Source: Octopus vulgaris (lineage: Eukaryota). Taken from it: a DNA stretch of 64,000 nt. The DNA is taken from the NCBI GenBank assembly GCA_951406725.2, contig OX597822.1, forward strand, positions 39,928,001 through 39,992,000, given 5' to 3'. Of this stretch, positions 13,524-25,064 are shown piece by piece. Below the pieces are notes generated by a model. The model was not told the DNA's origin and did not search any database. It saw only the letters and a list, made by a program, of their open reading frames with translations. The position numbers and the translations under genes were made by a program. Each line of letters begins with the position of its first letter. The stretch's first letter is position 1.

Positions 13524-13586
<63 letters not shown>

Positions 13587-13687
13587 ATATACATATGTAT
13601 ATGTATATTAACGTTAGTGTATTTGTTTTGCAGGGTACTTGATGTGAAATGATCATCCCAAAATATAACAATATAAATAAATAAATG

Positions 13688-13746
<59 letters not shown>

Positions 13747-13749
<3 letters not shown>

Positions 13750-13900
13750 TAGCTGTGCGGTAAGTAGCTTGCTTCCCAACCACATGGTTCCGGGTCAGTC
13801 CCACTACGTGGCATCTTAGGCAAGTGTCTTGTACTATAGCCTCGGGACGACCAAAGCTTTGTGCGTTGATTTGGTAGGCGAAAACTGAAAGAAGTCCGTC

Positions 13901-13985
<85 letters not shown>

Positions 13986-14157
13986 CATACATACATACAT
14001 ACGTACATACATACATACATACATGATGTTTTCACGTCTCTTAGAATAAGCACTAGGCTTATAAAGAATAAGTCCTGGGGGCGATTTGTTCGACAAAAGG
14101 CGGTGCTCCAGCATGGCCGCATTCAAATGCCTGAAACAAATAAAAGAATTAAAGAAT
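13747..14157 (+). mobile_element. SINE family A with internal deletion
   Basis: Head and tail match; segment after the microsatellite is missing. Confidence 0.85.
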
Positions 14158-14164
14158 ATCGTTA

Positions 14165-14227
<63 letters not shown>

Positions 14228-14320
14228 TTATTTATCTATCTATCTACCTGTTTATCTATCTATCTGTCTATCTATCTATATACCTATACACAAACACACA
14301 CACACACACACACAAACACG

Positions 14321-14375
<55 letters not shown>

Positions 14376-14417
14376 TTTATTTAAAGCACCAGAAAATTCA
14401 ACAAATTCTAGCAAAAA

Positions 14418-14455
14418 CTGTCCGATGAACGGCAACGGGAAACTCAGAGTAACAG
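14418..14455 (+). ncRNA. Minimal hammerhead motif (U4C core) inside a perfect 31-bp inverted repeat
   Basis: CUGU-CCGAUGA-acggcaacgg-GAAACUCAGAGUA-ACAG; IR arms 14375-14405 and 14458-14488; stem II weak. Confidence 0.6.
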
Positions 14456-14557
14456 GTTTTGTTGAATTTTCTGGTGCTTTAAATAAAGCATATTACTCTA
14501 CCACTGGTATTTGAGTATCCTTTTTTCCACATTGTTTCACATTTATATGTTTACTCC

Positions 14558-14640
<83 letters not shown>

Positions 14641-14648
<8 letters not shown>

Positions 14649-14756
14649 ATCACGTGACCGACCAGACCATCAGATGTTGTTACACATCGCTGGTCACAAT
14701 GCGCTCGTATTGTTTTTGCCTTCGAATGACGCCACCCCGCTGGCTAAGCGAGTAGG

Positions 14757-14760
<4 letters not shown>
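14641..14760 (-). repeat. Interspersed repeat fragment in (TA)n, same family as 1755-1826
   Basis: atcacgtgatcacgtgaccgaccagaccatcagatgttgttacacatcgctggtcacaatgcg. Confidence 0.6.
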
Positions 14761-14823
<63 letters not shown>

Positions 14824-14913
14824 CACATATATGTGTATATATATATATACGCTATGATAGATCGCTAGCCACTACACATTCTTTATTTTCTCTCCTTATT
14901 CTTTCTGTGTTCC

Positions 14914-14947
14914 TTTCTGTGGAAGAGCGTAGGCTCGAAACGTTAAA
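14914..14947 (+). ncRNA. Minimal hammerhead-like motif, atypical core CUGUGGA
   Basis: UUU-CUGUGGA-A-GAGC(guag)GCUC-GAAAC-GUU-AAA within a ~190-bp repeat (14855-15040) also found at 16960-17140. Confidence 0.5.
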
Positions 14948-15684
14948 CACATTTTTATTTCCCGAGCTTTATACTAATACATGTATTTGTTGTCTACATC
15001 ATCTGTCGTCATCTTTTGTTTTTTTTTGTGAATTCTCCCTATACACACACACACACACATACATTTACAAGCGTGTACACATAAATAAAAACATATATAT
15101 ATATACACACCTACCTACAGGCATACACCCACACACCCATCCAGTCATTCATGTATACATCTTATTCATGAAAATCCTTGAAGGTCTCTCGCAGACCTAA
15201 TTTTAACTGAGACGAAATATAGAAATTTACGATTGAAAATATATTGATATTGTATTAAATTCCCAGATGCATGTAAAATCGATACTGATGTTTATCAAAT
15301 GACAGGAGTTCGTCCTTTCATACACATACATACTCACACATGCATGTGCACACACATATGGATGTTTGTGTGTGTGTGTGTGTAGGTGTGTGTATATTCA
15401 TTTATTTACGTCTGCGGCGAATGTCTTGTTTTTGATTTGAATTATCATTTGATTTCGTACATATTGACACCATCTCCATAGAGAGCCATACATCAACAAA
15501 CACATATCTACACTCTCTTTCTGTCTGTCACTGTCGCACACACACAACTGCACATAGACACACAAAATACAGACAAAGACACACACACATACATACACGA
15601 ACACACATACTGACAAACGAGGAAAACAAACAAACATACGCATGCATCTCCCTCTCTCTCTCTCTCTCTCTCGCTCTCTCTCTC

Positions 15685-15720
<36 letters not shown>

Positions 15721-15872
15721 TATATATTTATGTTGTAATCTTTTGTGCCCAATATTTTAAGGAACTTGTTAAACTTTTTATGTCCTTAACATATTCTTTT
15801 TACCAAAGACTGTATATATGTATTGTAGCATTTTGTAACAACCAATAATTAACACAACCAAACTTTTACATG

Positions 15873-15917
15873 TTACTTTTGACAATCTTTTTCCAAAGAG
15901 AGAAACCGGTAAAGTAA
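15873..15917 (+). ncRNA. Minimal hammerhead with U3-A8 covariation
   Basis: UUACUU-UUGACAA-UCUUUU(ucca)AAGAGA-GAAACCGGUA-AAGUAA; lies in repeat 15730-16000 shared with 33084-33346. Confidence 0.7.
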
Positions 15918-16067
15918 ATAAACATCTTTTAAAATTGTATTTTCAAACCTTCTTTCGTATATAATTCTACTCGTGCGGTACCCTACAACTCCACTTTGTT
16001 CCGCATGTGTACCGTTAGCGATTTTTTTCCCTCTGTCTTCCCTTCTCTGGATCTTTCCTTCTCCTAT

Positions 16068-16102
16068 GTTTCCGACGAAGAGCTCCGCTCGAAACGTTAA
16101 AC
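16068..16102 (+). ncRNA. Minimal hammerhead (core CCGACGA)
   Basis: GUUU-CCGACGA-A-GAGC(ucc)GCUC-GAAAC-GUU-AAAC; identical copy at 48570; host repeat 16005-16200 matches 48508-48702. Confidence 0.65.
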
Positions 16103-16212
16103 CCTCCTTCTTTCCTTCTTTCCTGAGCGTCCAATAATACTATATTTGCTCCACGTCCTCGCGTTGTTGTGTTTTTTTGTGCTTTCTTGTTTGAATTAAC
16201 TATATATATACA

Positions 16213-16297
<85 letters not shown>

Positions 16298-16439
16298 GGC
16301 CGTTGTCCGTGCAACAACGATATACCCTCCTGTGTTTGTGAAATCGTGTATCCCTGTCGTAAGGCTTCATTTCCACACACGCCAGCTAAATTCAATTTGT
16401 CCTTAGTCGAAAGACACCTGTTGTTACTTCCTGTTATTA

Positions 16440-16745
16440 TTTTTATTGTATCTGTGTAACATTATCCATTTTTTCCCCGTCCTTATTTTTGTATACATTC
16501 GTTGCTTTCTTCCAAGGAATCTAATGCTTTTAGCTTAGTCTTTCCTTGGGGTTGGCCAGATTGGAACAATCTCAAGTATAATCAACCGAAATTGCGAAGA
16601 TAATCTGGCACTTGTCTGAGGAAAGAAAACTTCGAATGATCCGTCCTTGTTTTCTTTGTATCATCAATCTGGATGTTTTGTTGTCCCATTTTTTGTATCA
16701 CCTAAGTGTCCGGATGTTTTACGTTCTTCTCCCATTTTGTATTAT
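16440..16745 (+). repeat. Unclassified ~300-bp structured interspersed repeat (other copies 39395-39567 and 45210-45480, both minus)
   Basis: Shared motifs ctttcttccaaggaatctaatgc, caatctcaag, ccgaaattgc(g/a)a. Confidence 0.75.
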
Positions 16746-17017
16746 ACACACACGCGCGCGCGCGCACGCACACATACAAGGAAAGTTCCTGGCTAAAAGA
16801 CCAATCCAATCTTCCGAGTTCTTTTAGAGGGCTGAAGAAAAACTGAAGGACCGCTGAAGCGAGCGCATGAATCTGAGAGTGGAATATGTTGAATAAAATC
16901 ATGATTAACTGCTCCTCATGTATTTTCTTTTACCCAAATCCACACACCCTCTCGTGTATATGATAGATCGTTAGCCACTACACACATTGTTTTCTCTCCT
17001 TGTTTTTTTCTGTGTCC

Positions 17018-17053
17018 CTTTCTGTAGAAGAGCGTAGGCTCGAAACGTAAAAG
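17018..17053 (+). ncRNA. Minimal hammerhead-like motif, core CUGUAGA
   Basis: CUUU-CUGUAGA-A-GAGC(guag)GCUC-GAAAC-GUA-AAAG. Confidence 0.55.
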
Positions 17054-17135
17054 AATTTTTCTATTCCTGAGCGTTATACATTTGTTTGTTTTGTACACCA
17101 CCTGTCTTCGTCTTTTGTTGTTGTTTTTTCGTAAA

Positions 17136-17166
<31 letters not shown>

Positions 17167-17193
17167 AGTGAAGGGGAAAGGGTTACAGGTTTC

Positions 17194-17282
17194 AATTCAT
17201 TACGGCTATTTCTAACGAATCCTTTAATTAATTAATGAGAACATTACATCATTGCAAAGAAACCGTTTTCGTCAGATGAATT
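17194..17282 (-). ncRNA. Type-I hammerhead with long stem II
   Basis: AAUUCAU-CUGACGA-aAACGGUUUCUUU...AAAGGAUUCGUUa-GAAAUAGCCGUA-AUGAAUU; 7-bp stem I. Confidence 0.72.
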
Positions 17283-17592
17283 CATGATTGTTAAACATGA
17301 ACGACAGTTCTACTTACTCAACATAGTTAACAAATACACGGAATAAAAATATTTACATTGATCCGGCTACTATTCAGTTGGAAGAATGAACTTACCAGAA
17401 TAGTGTATATTTGGTCAGAACAAATTAGAATTTAGGGTTTATTAGAGTTTATAATAGGCGGAGAATATAATTGACCCAAATGACCCAGTTTCTAAACTTC
17501 TAATAGAGTAAGTATTTTTGAATATGCATGTTACTCAGACCTAATAAGGTGCCTCAATTTAAGTTCCTAATCAAACTGAATCTTAATTGTGC

Positions 17593-18178
<586 letters not shown>

Positions 18179-18202
18179 TATAACAAAAATTATAATTTTT
18201 GA

Positions 18203-18268
18203 CATAGGGTCACCGAAAGTTTCCTATTACTTTGGGTTTGTGGATACGAAACCTTTGGTAATTCTATG
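18203..18268 (+). ncRNA. Degenerate hammerhead-like three-way junction
   Basis: CAUAGGGU-caCCGAAA-GUUUCC..GGAUAC-GAAACC(uuu)GGUA-AUUCUAUG; stems are good but the 5' core is non-canonical. Confidence 0.4.
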
Positions 18269-18349
18269 CCGAAAATTAAACTTTTGTAATAACTACTGCT
18301 CTATTCTTTAGACGACGATTCTTTCCTTAACTATACATACATACATACA

Positions 18350-18385
<36 letters not shown>

Positions 18386-18531
18386 TATATATACTAAAAC
18401 ACACACACACACACACAAATATATATAGTTGAATTTTATAGGAAAACAAAAGACGAAGATGTATAAACAAGAAGCATCTGTATTAGTTTGACGCTCGGGA
18501 GGGTGAGGAAGTCTTTTACGTTTCAGCCTAC

Positions 18532-18876
18532 ATCATCATCATTGTTCGACCGTGGTCGAGACAATGGAATTTACCATGCTACGCCAGACTTCACGGTCCA
18601 TCATGGCATTACGGAGGTCCTGTTGCTGGATGTCTGTATCCCTGGAGATTACATCAGGGTAGGAGAGTGTGCGCCCTCTAGTATCGCGAGTAGATGGCTT
18701 CCAGAGGAGAAGAGTAGAAATTACTTCTTTTTCAGCTCTACAACAATGTCCAGCAAACTGGACTCTCCTACCTTTCACAAGAGATGACACAGGTGGTAGT
18801 TTCCCATATATTTGCATTTTGGTTGGATGGCGCTTCCACGAGAGATTTTGAGCTCTCATAAGGAGGCGAGTGTAGG
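18532..18876 (-). mobile_element. RTE-clade LINE, 5'-truncated 3' end with (TGA)n tail
   Basis: Open C-terminal ORF TYTRLLMRAQNLSW...RRVQFAGHCCR...AMMDREVWRSMV, typical of the RTE ORF end. Confidence 0.88.
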
Positions 18877-18890
18877 TCTTCAACAGATAT

Positions 18891-18927
<37 letters not shown>

Positions 18928-19399
18928 CATCTGTGTATGGTGTTTGGAAATGTTGATGACTGTGGTATCGTTGAGTGTAGTCCTGTGGTTTTCAATGCTG
19001 GTGATTTTTGGTGTTATTGGATGTATTGTACTATAGTATTGTAATCATCAGTATTGATGATTACTTTGATGTTTTATGTTTGCAGTGTTGTTGCCAATGT
19101 TGGAGATCCTGGTGGTGTTGGTGAGTTCTGCGAACCTTTGTTTTCAGAGTTTGTGATAGTCAACATTTTCAAGAATGGAAGAGATAAAAGAAAAAGAGTT
19201 ATTTACTAAATCTACGTTTCTATTTGGGGGTCGGTCGGTTGTTAAAAAGTATTTTATGATACACCGAAATCCACTTCAAGCCTATTCACTGGTGAAAATT
19301 TTCTTTGCTCAATGGTATAAAAGATTCAAAGATAAATAATATTTAGTAGTTTATTTGATGTTTTACTTCACTTAATGTTTTACTAATGCGCGGCCCTTA

Positions 19400-19585
19400 C
19401 TCGAGAACAGTGACGGTCGGAGAGCTTGACTGGAGACGGTGCGTCTGTCAAACGGTAACACAAGGGCCTCAAGGCAAGCTCAGCGTGGACGGAAGCCACA
19501 CGTCAAACAAAAGAGCAAAAGCTTGCTCGATCTCAATTTTCAGTACTAATACTGATCACGGAAGCCCGGCTCATCGATCATTTCC
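19400..19585 (+). pseudogene. Decayed 28S rRNA fragment (domain V region)
   Basis: acagtgacggtcggagagcttgactggagacggtgcgtctgtcaaacggtaacac...gcaaaagcttgctcgatctcaattttcagtactaatac aligns by eye to the conserved LSU segment gggagtttgactggggcggtacacctgtcaaacggtaacgcagg...gcaaaagctcgcttgatcttgattttcagtacgaatac. Confidence 0.85.
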
Positions 19586-20201
19586 GAACTATAGGAATGA
19601 TCAATAGTATAATTAAAAGATATCATTGAGATTTTGGGGCGCTCATGTATTTCTTAGATGGAGTGATAACTAAATTGAGAGAAAATGCATCAATTGGTTG
19701 TATCGATAAAGCACATAATGATGTTTTGTGAAGTGGACGATTTTACCTTTCATTTCTTAGGATCGATAAACAAAGTACCCGTGAAATAATGTGGTCGATA
19801 TAATCGAATCTATGCTGTCCCACTCCCATTTATGCTAAAATTACCTCAATTGTTAGAAACCATTGTGGAAAATTCGGTTGAATGCCAGAGAAGATGGAAT
19901 GTGTTATTTAGTTATATTACTTTAAATTCAGCGTTCAAATTCGAGTGGGATAATATTTGCATTTCATCTTTCCGGAAGTGTTTCCTTGCAAGTGCTGAAC
20001 ATGGTGCCTTCAGCCATTAACACTTGAAGATGTTCCTTCAGAAAGGTTACAACTCAGTGACTGAAACCAGATGAACAATCAAAAGAATCTGTAATTGCAA
20101 AGAACATATTGCCAAGATGATTCTGCGCCACAAGGTATATGACCACAAAGAATGTGGTATCGGGAGGGCGATTAGGGTGGCAGATTTAATGGGGAAGTTA
20201 T

Positions 20202-20238
<37 letters not shown>

Positions 20239-20276
20239 TAAGAGATAATGGTTTCAAATTTTGGCATGAGGCCAGC

Positions 20277-20450
20277 AAGTTTGGGTGAGGAGATAAGTCG
20301 ATTATCTCGACCCCAGTGTTCAACTGGTACTTATTTAATTGGCCCCGAAGGGATGAAAGGCAAAGTCAACGTCGACGAAATTGGAACTCAGAACGCAAAG
20401 GAAGAAATGTCGCTAAGCATTTCGTTTGGCGGATTAACGATTCTGTCTGC
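20277..20450 (-). mobile_element. SINE family B (Nin/Deu-like gcctttcatcc...aagtaccag domain), degenerate
   Basis: ctggtacttatttaattggccccgaagggatgaaaggcaaagtcaac. Confidence 0.8.
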
Positions 20451-20514
20451 TTGCAGTCTCAGGAGAAAATACGAGATGATAATGATGATGATGGTTATGA
20501 TGATGATGAGGGTT

Positions 20515-20548
<34 letters not shown>

Positions 20549-20639
20549 CAATGACGATGATGATGATGATGATAATGATGATGATGAGGATTTCATAATT
20601 AATCACTAAGGGTTTACAAGTATATCGAGGACGGTGAAG

Positions 20640-21665
20640 GAAGATACATTATGATATGATGTGCGTTGGGGGGTTTACATGACAGCGTGTAATCAGTAAA
20701 ACAGCAAGATATAAGGAAACAAAAATTCTAACGAAAAAATTTCCTAAAAGCCGTGAGATTTTCAAGGGTTTCTCGATGAAACCCCACAAAACCATCCATG
20801 TCCACGCTGACCACTAGATCAAGTGTCCTTCCCTAATTCTCCTTCTTCAAACTATTGGCGCATGCTTAAAGCAGACCCATTCATTCGTATCTTCCTTGCC
20901 ACGTTCATCCACCTTTCAACGAATTTACTGGAAAGCAGAATTTCCTTCTTCACCCTCACTTTTCTTTTCAAATCGAACTTGAAGAGAATTGATGAGAGCT
21001 TGATCAATTAGGAAGGTCTCTGATTTAAGTCTTTTCAATCTGGTCCACCACACAACTGTTTTTTGTTACCGCCACCAGATAGTTAAAGACTGGCTGTCAG
21101 TCTAGGCGATGGGACAATCTTCACAATGGACTTAGCTGATTGCTTGGTCCGTCATATACGATACAACAAGAGTTCAACATAAACCCACATGTCAGCAATG
21201 CTCAGGCACTGGACGCGTACCTGGAGGATAGTCTCGTCGCTCTGTGTGCATCTTGGACATGCCCGGCTACGGCACCCCCATTCCTGTAGAGTTTATCTCG
21301 AACAGGTATGCCAAAAATTCCCGGATATCATCCTGGAACCCCAGCCCGAATGTTCTATGGAACAGACCAGACAGTTGCTTTCAGTCGACGCCCAGTTTTC
21401 CCAAAAATGTCATCAATTTTGGCTGTCACAAAAACTCTGTAGAACATCAAAGTGGAATTTCCACCGGCAGCATTGCCCGACGGGTGGAGGGATATAAGTT
21501 CCTATCGGTATTCTTGGTGCCAGGCGCCGTCCTTCGGTCTACGCCCGATTCAGGACAGCAGGTCTGTCAAAGAGACGAGCTGTAGAGAAGTAAATCTGAC
21601 AAACAGCGACCACACCTGCTTATCAGCCAAAAAACGCTGGAGGTCGTGTTAGTTTCATTCATCCG
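20640..21665 (-). mobile_element. Tx1/L1-clade LINE ORF2 3' remnant
   Basis: Minus-strand CPRCTQSDETILQVRVQC (decayed CCHC, zf-RVT-like); homologous to 25065-25590. Confidence 0.75.
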
Positions 21666-22670
21666 ACATAGCCAAATCTGTAAAGGTTGGGCCTTATAAC
21701 CTAAAACATTATTTTACACACACAAATACGCATTCTCATATTAGCGAATTCACACAGTAACATCGTAACACACACATGTTCACACAGTTACACGTTCACA
21801 CTCGTATCTGCACACATTTAGATATACGCACATCGACATATCTAGAGGAGATGCATCTGAAGTGTAGACATATACAGATGTACACATAAACACATGTACA
21901 CACACACACAACTACAGACACACAGACACAGACACATATAGAGAAGCATCTAAAATGTAGGCACGTACATACGCACACATAAACACATGCACACACACAC
22001 ACACACGCATAGACACATATACAGAAGTGTCTGAAACGTAGACACATACATACGCGCAGACAGACACACACAGAGACACACATACAGAGACAGACACTCA
22101 AGCACGTATACACCCGCACTCACAAACACAGACAGATGCACACATATGCACATAGTCTCACAAACGCACGCACACACACGCACATACCCATACATACACA
22201 CGCTCATACATACACACAAACACACTCCCAAGAAACACACATGCACTACAAGCGGTATCCATAGCTGCAGGCAAACAGACATACTCAAATATTTTGGAAA
22301 CAAAAGATATTGCAGTGAAGCTGTAGCTGCTCTTTAATATTGTTGTTGCTGTTGTTGTTGTTGTTGCTGTTGCTGTTGTTGTTGTGGTTGTAGTAGTTGT
22401 TGTTGTTGTTGTGTGCTATTTAGAAATTTGTGCTGGCAAACATACACATGCATGCCAATTTCAGATTATAACACTTGAATACAAATTGCACATGAATGCT
22501 AATTGCATATCCATACATCCACCCAAGAGCCACCCACCCGCCCATCCATCCGACCACCCAGCCATTCACACATACATACAGATGCTTGTGCGTATGTACA
22601 CACACACACACACACAACACACACATACACACCTGCTCTCTCACGTGCGCACATACGTACATACATATGC

Positions 22671-22714
<44 letters not shown>

Positions 22715-22754
22715 TGTATGTATGTATATACTTATATATGTATGTGTGTGTGTC

Positions 22755-22799
<45 letters not shown>

Positions 22800-23076
22800 G
22801 TACGCACGCATAATTTATGGAAGAGTAGTTTAACGGTTTCTGCACACAAGCAGTCTTCTTGTTCCTCTTCTTCTTCTTCTTCTTCTTCTTCTTCTTCTTC
22901 TTCTTCTTCTTCTTCTTCTTCTTCTTCTTCGTCTTCTTCGTCTTCTTCTTTTTCTTCATCTTCTTTTTCTTCATCTTCTTTTTCTTCTTCCTATTCCTCC
23001 TATTCCTTCTTCTCCCCCTCCTTCTCCTCCTCCTCCTACATCATCGCCGCCGCCGCCGTTGTCGTCGTCGTCGTCG

Positions 23077-23131
<55 letters not shown>

Positions 23132-23302
23132 TATCATCATCATCATCATCATTATCATCATTATCATCATTATTATCATTATTCCTTTGTTTTATAGTAG
23201 CTTTTCCAGGTCTCAGAGAACTCAAGTAACGGCAAAGTGAGCGTTTTTCCTGTGGCTTTTGAAGTGTAAAACTGCTGTATTGCAAGGAAATTTTCTTGTT
23301 GC

Positions 23303-23347
<45 letters not shown>

Positions 23348-23381
23348 CATTGTTGTTGTTATTTTGCTTTTGTTATGAAGC

Positions 23382-23490
23382 TGGTGTGCGGGCAGAATCG
23401 TAGCCGCATCGGACAAAAACGTTCATTAGGGCCGGCATTTTTTCCGTTGAACCTTCTGAATTCAAAGTCCTCCGAAGTCTAAGTTACCTT
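23382..23490 (+). mobile_element. SINE family B, degenerate head
   Basis: ggcagaatcgtagccgcatcggacaaaa...ttctgaattcaaagtcctccgaagtc. Confidence 0.55.
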
Positions 23491-24120
23491 TCACTCTTTC
23501 TGCGTCGATGACGTAAGTACCAGCCAAGCACTCTCCTCTTCATCCTCCTACTCCACTTCTTTTTATTCTGCTTCCTCCTTTTTTTTCCTTCTCCTCCCCC
23601 TCCTCTTCCTCTTCTTCTTCTTCTTCCCCCTCCCCTCCCCCTCCCCCTCTTCCTCCTCCTCTTCATCAAGATCTTCCTCCCCCTCCCATTCTCTTCCCTC
23701 CCCATCCCCACCCTCCTCTTATCCCTTCCCACCCTTATCCTCTTTATTATCGTATTATTATTATTATCATTATTGTTGTTGTTGTTTTTGTTGTTGTTGC
23801 TGTTGTTATCATTATTACCTCCGCCTTAGAGAAGGCGGAGGTATTGTTATTATTATCACGATGGTTTTCTTTCTTTTTTTGTCTTCTCATTACATAATGT
23901 AGTTTGGTCGATAATTGCCATGTCCCTGGCGTGTTAACGGCTCACTCATGATTCAATTTGTGAACTTAATTATCTTTATAACGAACTGCAACACAACTGC
24001 AGCACAACTGCATCTTACTTGCAGTTCTTTAACAATGGCAGCAAATTCCTTAAAAGGTAAAAAAAAACAGCTTTATATATCTGTTTGGAAATTTATAGAC
24101 AGTTTTCACACCCACAACAA

Positions 24121-24175
<55 letters not shown>

Positions 24176-24345
24176 GCTACTACTACTACTACTACTACAA
24201 GTTGTAGTAGTAGTTGTTGTAGAATTACTTTTAACATTACCAGCGGTTTATTATTATTAGTAGTGTTAGTAGCGGTAGTAGTAGTAGTAGTAGTAATAAT
24301 AATAATAATGAAAATATCAACAACAATAACAAAAACAACAACAAT

Positions 24346-24377
<32 letters not shown>

Positions 24378-24400
24378 TAATAATAATAATAATAGTAATA

Positions 24401-24809
24401 TATTTCTTTATTGCCCACAGGGGGCTAAAGAGAGAGAGGACAAACAAGGATAGACAAAGGGATTAAGTCAATTATATAGACTACAATGATTAACTGGTAC
24501 TTATTTAATCGACCCCAAAAGGATGAAAGGCAAAGTTGACCTCGACAGAATTCGAACTCAGAACGTAACGGTAGACGAAATACCTATTTCTTTACTCCCC
24601 ACAAGGGGCTAATCACAGAGAGGACAAACAAGGACAGACAAACGGATCAAGTCGATTATATCGACTCCAGTGCGTAACTGGTACTTATTTAATCGACCCC
24701 GGAAGGATGAAAGGCGAAGTCGACCTCGGCAGGATTTGAACTCAGAACGTAGTGGCAGACGAAATACTGCTAAGCATTTTGCCCGGCTTGCTAACGTTTC
24801 TGCCAGCTC
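24401..24809 (-). mobile_element. SINE family B, dimeric copy
   Basis: Two tandem bodies with the same junction as 30163-30585. Confidence 0.9.
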
Positions 24810-24855
24810 AATAATCAATAAAATGAAGACGACGATGATGATGGTGTTTGTTATA

Positions 24856-24940
<85 letters not shown>

Positions 24941-24941
<1 letters not shown>

Positions 24942-25063
24942 CAGGCAGTGGCTTTCGTGGCTTCTGATCTTAACTGATTGGAAGTGTTATCATGTACATT
25001 GTTTTGTCTTGGTATAAACATGGGCTACAGCAAATATACTGCTCAATACCACAGATATGCTTG
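24941..25063 (-). repeat. Probable retroelement 3' tail ending in (ATT)n
   Basis: Unique-looking segment abutting a long (AAT)n tract and truncating the Tx1 remnant. Confidence 0.4.
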
Positions 25064-25064
25064 T

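Noticed and set aside
13181-14122. Longest ORF (313 aa) and the many YI/HT/CV/LSIY-repeat ORFs
   Set aside because: Stop-free di- and tetranucleotide repeats plus SINE sequence; not protein coding
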